DNA of 63,626 bases, counting the filler, from Choristocarpus tenellus KU-1152 (Eukaryota; Protista; Phaeophyceae), in the NCBI GenBank assembly GCA_964200185.2. It is 11 parts of 11 records of this genome, joined end to end, with 100 filler letters (N's around TTAATTAATTAA, not from the genome) between each part and the next. Parts side by side here need not be neighbours in the genome. Positions count along the whole stretch, not along the records: positions 42,824 to 49,664 come from CAXNAD020007239.1; positions 49,765 to 53,648 come from CAXNAD020017379.1; positions 53,749 to 57,709 come from CAXNAD020016915.1; positions 57,810 to 60,512 come from CAXNAD020025500.1; positions 60,613 to 63,626 come from CAXNAD020022929.1; 6 more parts are not named here. One strand, 5' to 3'. Under the pieces are notes generated by a model. That model had not been told where the DNA came from and did no database searches. It saw only the letters and a list, made by a program, of their open reading frames with translations. Each line of letters begins with the position of its first letter. The first letter of the stretch is position 1. Of the stretch, positions 49,650 to 62,696 are shown piece by piece. The position numbers and the translations under genes were made by a program.

Positions 49650-52600
49650 CTCTTTTTTTTTTTTNNNNNNNNNNNNNNNNNNNNNNNNNNNNNNNNNNNN
49701 NNNNNNNNTTAATTAATTAANNNNNNNNNNNNNNNNNNNNNNNNNNNNNNNNNNNNNNNNNNNNCGCTTTTTTAGGGCATACCCAGGGGTGAACAAAATC
49801 GGTGTAGGTACTGTATCTGTAAAATGACTCTGATATAATACTGTACTACTATGACACTGATAATATTGGTGTAGGTGATCGAAGCGCACTCTATGTTTTG
49901 TAGTATGCAACTATGCAGTAATGGGTAATATTAAACCCGGGAGGGCGTTGAGGTAGCAACATGCGATACTCCGTGTCACAAAAAAAGAGGAGATCAACTC
50001 TGTCTTTGTTTTATTATGGACGTGAATTAATACATTATTTTAGCCTTTCATCAATGAAAGTAAGAGTGTGTTGGATTTTTTTTGTGTGTTTTGGTCTATA
50101 GTATTCTAGAGGGTGGGGGGGGGGTTGGCCCAGGTCGTCCATTCGGGGCCTGATGGGATAGTGTAAAACACCCCAGTCTCATGCCTGTTTTGCAAGTGAG
50201 TTTTCTTTGGATTTGGTCCAGGCAGGGGTGTGGAAAAGGAAGGTGCGCACCCAGATTAAGGAAATTGCTCTTACATCTATCTGAGAAGTTAACTCAAATG
50301 ACATGAAAATCAATCCTTAGCCACAAATGCCCCGAATAGATGTTTGACCCACCTCTGGCATACTATAAACCTTTTAGATGCGCATACATGGGTGTATCAT
50401 GGACGTGTGTATTGAAGAAGATTGCCTCCCTCTCGTGGTATGTGAATCAACTTATGTGCGACAATACACATGGGTGTTGAAAGATGCACGTAAGTATATG
50501 CTGCCTGTTCCATAATTTGTATTGAATTGTGTAACAGTGTGTTTCGTCAAACACCTGTCTATATATTAGGTAGATAGACAACAGTTAGTGTTACAGGCGA
50601 ATAGCGCGAGCATTTCTCCTCATGCTTTAGCAAACACGAACGTTTGTGACAGACTTAGTATAGTGCGAGGATTGTTTCTCGCGTTCTAACAAGTGCGAAC
50701 AATATACGATATTAGAAACACATAGGTAGCCTTACATAATAAATGATTTCATAGAAGATGCAGAGTAAGATTCGGAATGCATACGTATATCGTTACAGAA
50801 GAAAAGTGTCAAAGGTCCTAAGAAGTTGCAGAATAAAGGTCTATGATTGGAGTACGTGTAGAGCAGTTGCATAGAAAACTTTTCTTTGGGTGGATAATGA
50901 AAATAATAAGAGGACTTTTAGTTAAAACACTTTTACCCCTCTTACCAGTCTTTTATCTTGAACGAAACTTTGAGTCGATCTTAAGAAGAGAAGGATACCT
51001 GACACCCTACAAACTGTAGCGCCGTTTTAAGGTCGTGGGATTTGAGTTACACATCCTGTGGAGGTGAGTTCAGGGGTACGCTGTAACATTAGCAGCATGT
51101 TGCGTACCGATAAGAAGATACAAGTGGAAGTCAGTAGTGATTAGTGGTGGTGCAGGTGTTTTCCAACTTTCCATTGTTATGTGAAGCAAATGTGCCAGTT
51201 TTGAGGACTGGGGATGCGGAGGAAGGGGGATTTTTCCTTGTAGTACAGTCATACATCTCCTCTCCCTTGTTGGACGGCACTTTGTTGTTTGACTATGTGA
51301 GAAACACGATTTTTTCCTTGGATTTATTCTTTTTTCATTCACAGGAAAATCTATAACCACACACGCACGCAACACACACATATGCGATCATGCACATCGG
51401 AAAGGGTTACACGTAGCAAGGAGATGCACACTTTCTACTACACAGCGTATGCATGCATATGACGAGATACAAACATAGTTTATAGTATGTACACCTTTTT
51501 TCCGTCTCTTACTTCTCTTCGTATCGTCACTATCACACTTTTGGGTGTCATACATGTCCCTCCCACAATTCATTTTTCGCCATGTGATGTTCTGTGATAT
51601 GATAAAGTGTGCACCTCAACCCCTCACCTGCATCACTATTCTGATGCAGGCGGTGGAGAGCAGTCATTCCAATATTATGGTCCACACTATCAATAGCAAG
51701 GCTGTAATGCGTTATTGAAGTCAACTCTTCCACTTCCAGAGGGCAGTCAAGCATGATCTCAGAACAAGTTTGTGAAGAAATGCTTCATGATGAAGATGTA
51801 GCCGTGACCATATTAGATGCTTGGGCTGGGCCCTTAACTCAAACCTTCCACTCACTTCCTGCATCACCCTGGATCGATGATGCCTTCAAGCTCATTGTTC
51901 TTTTCTTCCTCTGGGCAGAGTAACCATTGAGGCACCACATTCAGGGAAGATCTGTCCAAAAAAGTCGTGGAGGTGATGGAGAATTAGCGACTTATTGGGC
52001 AAATGCAGACAGGAATTTTTGACTGTGAGTCTTAATGGTGAAGATGGATCGCTTATGATAAGAAGACCACAAATTCGCAAATCATGCCTGCACTTTATAC
52101 AATTAGAGAGTGTAGTGGGTGTTGCTTTCAATGGGACGGGGATGAAAATCGAACATGGCAGCAGCCAGGGCAGCGGTAGGTGTGTATTTCGAGTCCAGTC
52201 AGCGTAGGGATCGACTAGAGGAATGTTGAAAAATGAGAGTACTATTGAACCAAAATCATTTTTACAAGATGTGACTACATGCGAGTGGTCTACATTCACC
52301 AAGGTGTCTCAGACCTGGTGGTATTATTTATCACGAAGGACTCGAGGAAAAACCTAGAAATAATACTGTTGTAATGCGTTTGTTTAATATGCAAAGCACA
52401 TCATCCTTGATAATTATTTTGTGTACATTATCATTTACTGGCTGGTAGTGATATTTTGTCCACAATTTTCTACTCTCTCCTAAGCATTTGGTTGTTGGAA
52501 AACGAAACCACGTATGTATATAGAGGATCGTATAAGATAAGATATATGTGTGCCTATAGAAGAGGAAGGGGGTTTGATAGTAGTATTTACGACTCAAAGT

Positions 52601-53575
52601 ACTTCTCACTACGCATAAAATAAAAGTTTAGTACAGTGTTTACGCATATTTTCTACGGCATACATGTATACATGTGGTATCAGGCATACTTTAGCAATAA
52701 CTTGTGTGTGGTGATGATGAATAAGAATAAGTATGCACGGATAAGGGGGCCACCTGTAATGAAATCGTGTCTTTTTTGGTGTGTATATAATGGTCATGGT
52801 AGTGTTAGTGCAAGGTTCATGTGCAAATGCGCTCCCCGTTAACACATACAGATCTGCATTAAAAAAAAAATACACACACCAATATGTATTTACGCACACA
52901 TACATCATGGATGTACAAAACCGTGTGTGTATCACACAATAAGTAGACAATTATTGTACGCGTGGTGTAGATATGCTTATTTTTCAATATACACATACGT
53001 ATAATTGTAGATGATACATGTATGTGTATAATACATGATGGGCAGATGTATACTATACAATAATTGCGTGTTCGATGACCTGAAATATTTTTTTACGACG
53101 GAAAGGAATACATACAATGATTTGTCCTTTCTTTTGGTGACAATGTTTTTTTTTCGCGATGTTTCAAAGTGGTAGCGGTAGTAAGTCCGTCCTTAGTGCG
53201 TACTTACCTCCTCCTCAAGACATGATGTGATTGAAAGGGAGGGCCAGGTAGACAGATATAGAATTGTGCATATTGTCATCACTCACGATGCACACAGAAT
53301 TAACGTGTATGATACATAGATCAACAGGAGCACATGTTAACATATGGCAAGGGGTGTGAAGTGATTCACAATTGAACACAGTAGTAGTTAGCCAAAGTGA
53401 ACGAGAGGTACCCAGATTTTAGTCGTTTTGCATTTTTAGCCAGTTTTTCAACTTTTTCAATTCACCCGTATTTCTATGAATGAGGTGCCAAATTTGACAT
53501 GAGAGAGTGTTGATTTATCTGTTCGAAACGTTTCTACACAGTTCAGAAAATATCCTACATGCATTTACAGATAAA

Positions 53576-53605
53576 GACCCAAAGTATCTGGGGGGGGGGT
53601 GGTGG
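53576..53605. mobile_element. MITE family A terminus near contig end
   Basis: GACCCAAAGTATCTGGGGGGGGGG. Confidence 0.7.
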
Positions 53606-53755
53606 TTTATGAGGGAGTATCTGTTTCGGTCAAACAATTCTTTTTTTTNNNNNNNNNNNNNNNNNNNNNNNNNNNNNNNNNNNNNNNNNNNNTTAATTAA
53701 TTAANNNNNNNNNNNNNNNNNNNNNNNNNNNNNNNNNNNNNNNNNNNNCCGTATA

Positions 53756-55843
53756 TAATGGTAGTAGGAGCTTCGCTCTCTGGGGTTGTCCCGTCATAAC
53801 TTTTGATGTCGACATCGGATTAGAAAACGAAAAGCATATTCGTGATGCCCGTCACAAGGGCCTCGAGAGTACGGGCTTCGTATTTTCTCACCATTTTTTC
53901 CTTTTTTTGAAGAAAGAGCGCTCATATTGGGGTTCGAACCATGGATTGGATTGTACGTCACCAAGAGTGGCAATACATGCACTATTACTTGAAGTATATG
54001 GCTTAGGCGGGAAAAAAGCCTCCCCAAACTTTCTTCCTGTGTGTTCGCGCACCCAATCTTTGACCTCGGCAAGGTATTGCCCTCGTCGAGGCCCAGAATG
54101 AAACACCTTCTCATAGTGCCCTTGCTCCAACACCTTGATGTGCCCCGTAGTTAGGAAGTCTCTCTCCCACTTACTCACAGTTGCCGACGTTTGACCATCA
54201 CATATCCTGCTGCCATCTCAAGCACCATTTGACGGTCTTTCCCACTGTTCATACACAGGTACAGAATTCGCAGTGTTAGAGCCTTTACTATCACATTTCC
54301 TCGTTGAATGCCGGAAATGGGCGTCGTCCGTGTTTCCTGGGTGGGTGATATTTTATCAAGGCGCAAGGGTGAGGGAGGACAGGCTTGAGTTGATCGAAAA
54401 TTTTGTTGATTTCTCGAATGAATGCAGGCGAGGGAGAAAGTCTTAATCAACTTTATAATCCAAACCTAAGTCTAGGAAGAAAGGTGAATGCAGGCATCTT
54501 GCAACAAGTGAGAGACACAAAGCCATTGGGGTGGAAATAATCTCACTCTCACATCCTCTTCTTCCATGGCGTCCTTGTCGATGCCTATCTCCACCTGCTT
54601 CGCGACCTCTTCTAAGTAAAGGATTTGGTGGTATCAAAACGTTTCCACAGCTTCCTTTCTTACGTATACAATATCACTTTCTCCTCCACCTTGCGAGCGC
54701 TACTCTTACATTATCCATCCAACACATGCAACCAAATACACAAAAATTGCGACATGGAAAAATAGGCCCCAAATGGACAGCCGCCACCCCCCCGAAGATA
54801 CTCTGAGTCTTTCGACCTTCTTTCGGGCTTCAGAGCCCTTGTACCCCAACCCTAACACCTTCTTTCTCGTCTCCTTAAGTCGCTCTGGGCCGCATAGCTT
54901 CTGGACCGTCAGGGCCTGCTGCAACTGTTGACTGCTAAGATATTCTACACCCAGGTTTTCGCTTAGCCGTTTCCTGAGAGCGCAATGGCATGCAGTCGCA
55001 CTACTCTCCTCCCCAACCTTCCCTTCAGTCGGGCACTCTCTGGTTCTCCCTTCGCCCACCACCGTGACCAGGCTCTCCCACAGACTTCGTCACTGTACCA
55101 CACCTGGTGATAGACCCGCCGCTCTCTTCCTGTTTTCCTGAGGCGACAGCGACTGCGGAAGCAGTGCTCAAACGTGGTTGAACCTTCGACCACGTTTGTG
55201 TGGTAATGCTTTCCATGCATCTTCTCTCAGCGTCAGTGTTGCGGCCTCGTGATCCATTGTGCAAATTTGATCACGCTTCTGCGTCACACTACTTGCACTT
55301 TCTCTTCACCTAACATTTCACTGATTGTCGCATGGTGCTTGCTTTTCTGTTGGTTTTTGTTAGAGAAGGTGCCGAGGGTAGATCCACAGGGCAGAGTGGG
55401 CTCAGTATCTCTCCTTTTGTCACTGTAGTGGTCCATATTGCTGTGTGGGTCACGTGTGTATGTGATTACAGAAAGTCTGCAAATGGTGCTAAAATATGTC
55501 CACAAATATTTAGGGGTTTTTGGTATCGCTATACACGCCCAAACTTGGGCAGCGGCCTATCCTCCATCAGAATTGGGCGGGGAATTCACCCAACCACTTC
55601 AATTTTGTCCTGTTCGAAGTCGTGACCTTCAAAATTGCGCCGGAGATGTTCTCCCACGCTTTTTTTCCATTATTTGATCGGGAGATAGCTCCCGTTCGGC
55701 GAAGTTAGGACATTCATGGATACAAACCTTTAAACGCCCTTGTCATAAGCTTTCATTTGATGAATATATCGTTGAATAATTCTTGTGGTGATATGGTGAA
55801 GTAAACAAGATTTCCTGAGAGGGCAAAGCTATTGGTACCACTT
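53756..55843 (-). mobile_element. Same TIR element, copy 2 (opposite orientation)
   Basis: Ends TAATGGTAGTAGGAGCTTCGCTCTCT and GAGGGCAAAGCTATTGGTACCACTT, flanked by aTA / TAt. Reverse-complement match to copy 1. Lacks the family B insertion but has ~490 extra bp (~54325-54815) that include a truncated family A MITE. Confidence 0.8.
54705..54809 (+). mobile_element. MITE family A, right half, nested in the large TIR element
   Basis: CTTACATTATCCATCC..GCAACCAAAT..GGCCCCAAATGGACAGCCGCC..AGATACTCTGAGTC. Confidence 0.85.
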
Positions 55844-56002
55844 TATCCACCCCCTTCAATGATGCTTTTGAACGTTGGTTGAAGGGTGGAAATTTCTGAT
55901 TTTGTCGTGGTATTGAATAATGGCTATGGAATCCGAATATATATTTTTGCCATCAGAAATTCTGGACAGGTTGGTGAGGAAAGAGTTTTGCGAATGAGTT
56001 CA

Positions 56003-56180
56003 GACTCGAAGTATCTGAGGGGGGTGGCCGCTGTCCATTTCGGGTCAATTTTTTCATATCGCGATTTTTGGGTTGATTTGGTTGCATATGTCGGATGGAT
56101 AATGGAAATGCACGTTTCCTTATTTTTCCCAAGTGGACACCCTGGTGTAGACCCCCCTCCTCCCCCAGATACTTTGGGTC
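56003..56180 (-). mobile_element. MITE family A, full length
   Basis: GACTCGAAGTATCTGAGGGG ... CCCCCAGATACTTTGGGTC; flanks tca/ttt. Confidence 0.9.
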
Positions 56181-57540
56181 TTTACCTACCTATTCTAATC
56201 TACTCTACTCTTCACATCTAATGACTATGGAGTGTTAACCACACACTTTTGAGTTGGTGTCAGATGAAATCCACATCCAATGCTGATAGCTTGGAGGATA
56301 TCCCGGGTAGCAGAGACTGGGTTGCTGGGGACAACGACAAGGCAGCTTCGAAATTTGACAGCGACAGTCCGAGAGTCTACAGTGACTACACGTCCGACTT
56401 CAGTGGGGGTGATGATGACGATTCCATGCAGGAAATACCCTGTCGAGGCCTACGCTTGGGAGGAAGAATTTCAACAAAGTTTCCGACAACCGATAGTGTC
56501 TATACAAGTGCGGACCATAAGAGCGATGACGAGGTTACAGCTGAAAGGGCGAAGTTGTAGTATAGAGGAGGTCGAACCCATATTGTCCATCTCCTCCTGG
56601 TAAGAGGCGAAGGTTTCTGGGGGTGTTGCAGGGAACCCTGAGAGATGCAACCCCTTCGCCGATAGTACAGAGAACCTGACATTAGCTGTGGGATGGGCTG
56701 TGGAAACAGGGGGGGGTCCCCTTCCTCTGGAGTCCAGAGGTTGTTAGGAAAGCATGGAAAATGCTAAGGGAATGGATAGACAGGAAGAATCCCCCATGAA
56801 CTTGCTTCATAATATTTTCTCTTCTGTGCAGAGCAACAGGGAGAACAATAATAAAGTGGCAAAAGTGGCAGATGGCATATATTTGGCAGTGGAAGTCGTC
56901 GCCAGAAGGGAAAGTGCTGCAGGACAATATGATAGAGTGGTTACGTTACAAGGTACGATGGTTACCCCTGCGCCAGCCCACAATCGCTGGACTCTGTAAG
57001 TTCAACATCAGATTGACAGAAAAATTCCTTGAGGCTTGCGTGGAGGAACTCATCTGCTCAGCCAATAGATCTCCATCAACATACAACCGCGTGTAAACCT
57101 GTGTCCTCCAACAGGTTTTACACGACCACGGCTTAAAATCGATATGGGCTGGCAAAGCTGCTAAGCTCGCTGTCCTGAATAACTACTGCTACGTCCACAA
57201 AGGAATCCTGGATGGCTTATGTGATGGCGGAGGAAACGCCAGGAAGATGCTGCGTGTGGAGGACATCAAAGCCCTCGCTGCATAGAAGGCTGTGTTCCTC
57301 AGGTCAGGTCGAAGCAGAGCTTTGGAATGACAACTATTCATCGCCCTTAAATCTTTGGCATGTGTTGACAAAGGCTTATCCAAAGCTTATAGGTCGTTGG
57401 AAGGAAAAGAGGTGCGACTTCACACATGCCCACGATCTGAAGTAGGTGTTTTTGGTCTTTTGTAGAACTTTAAGTAAGGGTCGTTTTTTTGTTACAGATT
57501 TATGGATTCCTGTACCTTGGATACAGTGTCTGACGTCCAA

Positions 57541-57709
57541 GGCTCAAGGTCTCTAGGTGGGTGTGGGAGCTGTCCGTTTGGGGTCAATTTTTTCATGTCG
57601 CGATTTTTTGGTGATTTGGTTGCATACATCGGATGGACAATGTAAATGCACTTTTCCTGATTTTGATCCAAAATGGATATGCAGGTGGCGATCCCGCCCT
57701 CTCGCTCCC
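57541..57709 (-). mobile_element. MITE family A, truncated by contig end
   Basis: GGCTCAAGGTCTCT..GCTGTCCGTTTGGGG..GATTTGGTTGCAT..GGATGGACAATGTAA. Confidence 0.85.
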
Positions 57710-57809
57710 NNNNNNNNNNNNNNNNNNNNNNNNNNNNNNNNNNNNNNNNNNNNTTAATTAATTAANNNNNNNNNNNNNNNNNNNNNNNNNNNNNNNNNNN
57801 NNNNNNNNN

Positions 57810-57968
<159 letters not shown>

Positions 57969-58408
57969 TGAAAGGAACATCAAGAACAGGTGTCAATTTT
58001 TTGTTGTTGTACGATACATATATAAAATAAAAATATATATTTATTTGCACTGCATACTTCTGGTGTTACTACACTGCTCTACCACATGATATATATATAT
58101 ATTTTGGAACGGAGAAAAAACCTCTTTTTGGGAAACCCATTTGAATTGCTGAAAAAACATGTCTCTTTTGGGAAACCTGTCCGAATTGCTGATATCTCTG
58201 TTCCGCTTTGTTTTTCTTTCAATCTTTGGTCCTCATTAACTAGGACCCGGACTACAGACCGACACGAGAGGAGGTTGTATTTAGGTATTCCTCCAGCTGC
58301 CCCAAGGGGTTTGCTTGCCTCCCTCATTCTGTTGTGTGTTGAGATCAGTTCGTTCATAAGTGAACTGCCAGTTGATACATCCGGGCTCCCTTTGTCAACA
58401 ACAAACAC

Positions 58409-58471
58409 TCCATCCATCCATCCATCTATCCATCCATCTATCCATCTATCCATCCATCCATCCATCCATCC
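58409..58471. repeat. (CCAT/CTAT)n microsatellite
   Basis: Read directly from the sequence. Confidence 0.95.
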
Positions 58472-58579
58472 GATTCGGGAGGAGCGTTCGAGTGTGTGCG
58501 CTGAAGACATGTTTAAATTATTTTATTTTATTTTATTTTATTTTATTTTTTGGTTATACTTCCGATTGAAAAATATATT

Positions 58580-58731
58580 TTAAAAAGAAAAAAGAAGTGT
58601 TCTCTTGTCTCAACTCAACGGTAGTCCCCCCCCCCCAAAAAAAAAAAAAAAAAAAAAAAGAAGTTTTCTCTTGTCTCAACTCAACGGTAGCCCCCCCCCC
58701 CAAAAAAAAAAAAGAAAAAAAAAAGAAAAAG
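58580..58731. repeat. ~66-bp tandem duplication with poly-C/poly-A tracts
   Basis: GAAGT.TTCTCTTGTCTCAACTCAACGGTAG-polyC-polyA repeated twice. Confidence 0.85.
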
Positions 58732-59625
58732 AATGTCGCACGAACTCCGCTCTCGATGCCGCTGCGAGGATAGCAGTTGTCAAGACAACAAAGTAAGCAC
58801 GTGGTGAGTGGGTGGGGGGGACCCCTGAAAGTGTGGTGTGAACAGTCCTTGCACGGATTGTAATGAACCTGATTTCCCCTGCGGTGAAATCTTTGCTTCC
58901 TTTTCTTGGGGAAATTTTGAATCCCGTTAATCTTTTGTTTTGTTTTTGAAAAAGTGTTTCTGCTTTTTTACTTGATTTTTTTTTTTGGTCACTCCTACTT
59001 TATTATTTTTATTTTATCGAGTACTTCTTAATTGATTAATTGATTAATTGATTAATTAATTGTTTATGTGTATGCTCTTAGGCCGGAGGAGTGAAAGGAT
59101 AAGTGTTTTTGTGATTTGTTGATCGTTTTTTTTGTAGTAATGGAAAAAAAAGTATCAAGAAAATAAAATGATTCTGCCGACTAATGGCACTCTTTCCATC
59201 GCGTGACGTGTTTGGACCGGCTCTTTTGAAACATTTCCGATCTAGAGTGGTGTGCCAACCTCCAATGAAAAGAGTGTGCACCAAGAACAATAATTTGAAA
59301 CTGCTATGTTGGAAACAAGCTTGTTGTGATGTGAAGCGGACCATGTGTGCTCTGTTTGGGTGGTTGGCTACGCCTCCACAGGGTCTTCAAAACCACGTTA
59401 ATAGAACAGTGGTAAAAGAGAAAAAAACCCTTCCTTTTCGGTGACAACCATGGGTACTCTTCTTCCCCCACCACCTCACCCCACCTCACCCCACCCCTCC
59501 TCTCCTGCTTCCACCCTGGACTGGACCTGAATCGATTGACAAACTTCTTCCTTGATGCTCGAAGGGTCTTGCGGTGTGGAAGTAACTGAGATATTTATTA
59601 ATATATATATATAAATATTTATTTA

Positions 59626-59658
<33 letters not shown>

Positions 59659-60102
59659 TTCAAATTAGTTTTTAGGTGAAGATGGCGTTTTGGAAGAAGG
59701 ATGTTGGTAAGGTTTAACTTTCTTCTGCGAGGTTTAACTGAGTGCATTCATGCGTCAGCCAAAACATGAACCGCAGAGCCGTGGACTACCCAACCACTGT
59801 GTTGACCAAGAGCATGTGACACCAAAGAGTCCGAGGGACCCCCTCATTAGCTCAGCGGCACCATGGATATTGTTTACTTTGGCTCTTTTTGCTCTTAGGT
59901 GGCATGCTCTTTTCTTTTCCACTGGCTCTCTTAACATAATCTTCACTAAATCTTAACTAATATCAACTAAATCTCAAGTGTTTTTGAGTTTAGGGTTAGG
60001 GTTAAGTATTTCTCGTACATGTAGGCAAATCAAAACAAAACCTATGGACGGGTACACTCCCTCACTTCATCACTCCCCCCTTTTGTCCTCTTTGCGCATG
60101 AA

Positions 60103-60140
<38 letters not shown>

Positions 60141-60143
60141 CAG

Positions 60144-60254
60144 GTGGATGGTAAGTTCCACACGGGGGACAGTTACATTCTGCTGAGCACTACCGAGGTT
60201 GGGAACAAACTCTCCTGGGCTATACACTTCTGGCTGGGCACAGAAACGTCCCAG
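60144..60254 (+). CDS. Internal exon of a gelsolin/villin/severin-family actin-binding protein (domain 1)
   Basis: cag|VDGKFHTGDSYILLSTTEVGNKLSWAIHFWLGTETSQ|gtatgt matches the gelsolin G1 GxFxxGDSY...IHFWLGxETSQDE pattern. Confidence 0.88.
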
Positions 60255-60303
<49 letters not shown>

Positions 60304-60612
60304 TTTCTTTTCATTTTTATTATTTTATCGATTTTTTTAAAATTATTTTTTGAAGTGTAGGGCAGTGCAGAACAGTACCGACAGCAGTGCATGCACCCTC
60401 GAGGTCGTACTATTGTAGCTCTCGTATGCTTCACCCCTCCACATGCCCCCCCTCTACCTCCGCCCCTCGTGTCCTCACCTCGCTTGCTTTCCCCGTGCGT
60501 CTCCTCTTTGCCNNNNNNNNNNNNNNNNNNNNNNNNNNNNNNNNNNNNNNNNNNNNTTAATTAATTAANNNNNNNNNNNNNNNNNNNNNNNNNNNNNNNN
60601 NNNNNNNNNNNN

Positions 60613-60814
60613 GGTGGGGGGGGGGTGTGGGGGGGGGTGGGTGTGGGTGGTTGGCTGTCCATCTGGAGTCAGTTTTTCCCGTCACGATTTTTGGTTGATT
60701 TGGTTGCATATGTCAGATGGATAATGTGAACGTACTTTTATTGATTTTGGGCCAATTGGACATCCTGGTCTAGACCCCCCCCCCGCCTTCCCCAACCCCT
60801 AGATACTTTGGGTC
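60613..60814 (-). mobile_element. MITE family A at contig start
   Basis: G-rich start, GCTGTCCAT..GATTTGGTTGCAT..TGGACATCCTGG..polyC..AGATACTTTGGGTC. Confidence 0.85.
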
Positions 60815-61195
60815 ATTCCCAAGAGATACACCACCAAAACGAATCAAAGTACAAACCTGTTTTCATTTCAAGGTTGGTTTACACAGCTGCCTGTGATGCA
60901 CATCCACATAGGTCTAAAAATCCAAATTTTAGAAAAAAAGAGTCGGAAAATGACCCCCTCAAAAAAAAGCCACTTGTGGTGTTCATGTGTGTGGGAAAAA
61001 GAGATATCCATGGATGTGTTTCAAGAAAACAGTCACACCTTGGACCAATCAAATCAAATCAATGGCCCTTCCTTTCATAGTCTCAGTTGCACATACATCT
61101 TGAGGCAGACCCTTACAAATCAAATATTTCGGAGTTAACTCTTCTATTTGTGGATCCCAAATTGTATCTAATCATTTTTGTTTATATTCTTATTT

Positions 61196-61228
<33 letters not shown>

Positions 61229-62600
61229 TTGTGGGACAAATCTTCCAACAACCCGTTGAGATGTTGACCAATCAGATACTGTGATTTCTACTATTTGTTC
61301 TCACGAGCACAAATCGTTAGAGGGTTAGGTATTTAACTAAACTTATTTGTATCACCTAATCATCAGTACTGCATGTTTTATCACAAGAGATGTGTTGGTA
61401 ACAATACATCATATGCAAGCACTGATCACTAAGTACATGTTTTCAAGTTCTACAAGTAAACACCAACCCAAACAGCTATCAAACCTGGGGACACGATACG
61501 CTATGAGCATGACTCACTACAGACAGACATCATGTCACCCAGTACACTACAGGGGCTTCCACAACAAGTTTCTTTAGAAAGGGTTGGGGTTAGGGTGATA
61601 ATATTTTTACTCCCATAGGTAGACAATAGAACCAGGTAGTGACCTTACAAAATTATACTAGTAGTAGCAGTAGCAACCCTAACTCAGTACGCAAGTGTTC
61701 TCTTATTTTTAAATAAGAATAAAAAGACTTCTAAACACTTTTTATTTTATTTTAATTGAAATTACACAACAAAAAAATCGTACACAATTCAAATCACAAA
61801 CAAAAGGTTTCTGCATCAAGATTAGGTAGGGAGAGATCAACAATATACCATTACCTTCTCTCAACACATAGCTAGGGGCAAATCGGTTATATACCTACAT
61901 ACATGTAATGTTGAAAAAATGGCTATGGGTACCTACAAATCATGTGTACAAGATGTGCACGTGGTAACCAACAAGGATATATCAACAAGGATGTATCAAC
62001 AAGGATATATCAACAAATCAGGATTTGTGCGTCATTCATTCCTCAACATTGAACTGTACTCAGTACATGATTTGCATTACAAGATTCCTGGGTAGAAATG
62101 ATTTCTATGTCTTCAACACTCCTTCACACCTTGACATACAAATACGTATACATATCTATTGTCTACTGATTTGTGAAGCACAAACCACTGAAATATTGAT
62201 TTTTCTAACACACAAAAACATTACATTTTATTATTATCACTATTGCCTCTTTCTTGAATCATTCTCATCTACACACAGTCCAAACCCTAACCCTAACCAT
62301 TCCAAAGTAACCCATCACCTATGCTACTTAAAATATAATATATACACCTACAGGTGTTAGGGTTAGGGTAAGAAAGTATGATACTATGATCATGTAATTA
62401 GCAACTGTTAGGGTTAGGGCAAGAAAGTGATACAATAATGATCTAATTAGTAAGGAAATGTTATGTATCGGATTGAAGTAAATACAATAATATTTTTATA
62501 GGCAGTCAGAACAAAAGTATATAAAGGTAGTCACTTAAACAAAAATTACAACCCCAAAAGTGCAGTCTAATCTAATCTAATCTAGAGTAGTTATCTTCAC

Positions 62601-62696
62601 CTTGAGGAGAGAAACAAGAGTAAACATCACTGAGAATGTGTTGACCCCAAACATCATTTGGAACTGATTGATGCGATGCTTCTTGAACACATGATC
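62601..62696 (-). CDS. Internal exon of a nucleotide-sugar/PAPS transporter (SLC35B2/UAA family)
   Basis: cag|DHVFKKHRINQFQMMFGVNTFSVMFTLVSLLK|gtgaag, 96 bp, phase 0-0. QMMFGVNxFS is characteristic of SLC35B2-type transporters. Too short to appear in the ORF track. Confidence 0.75.

Noticed and set aside
51770-52302. Possible CACTA/EnSpm-type transposase remnant (GSIVLSFFNIP...)
   Set aside because: Only a faint motif resemblance, and no termini were found.
56249-57445. Run of short ORFs that looks like a decayed gene
   Set aside because: Multiple stops and no identifiable family.
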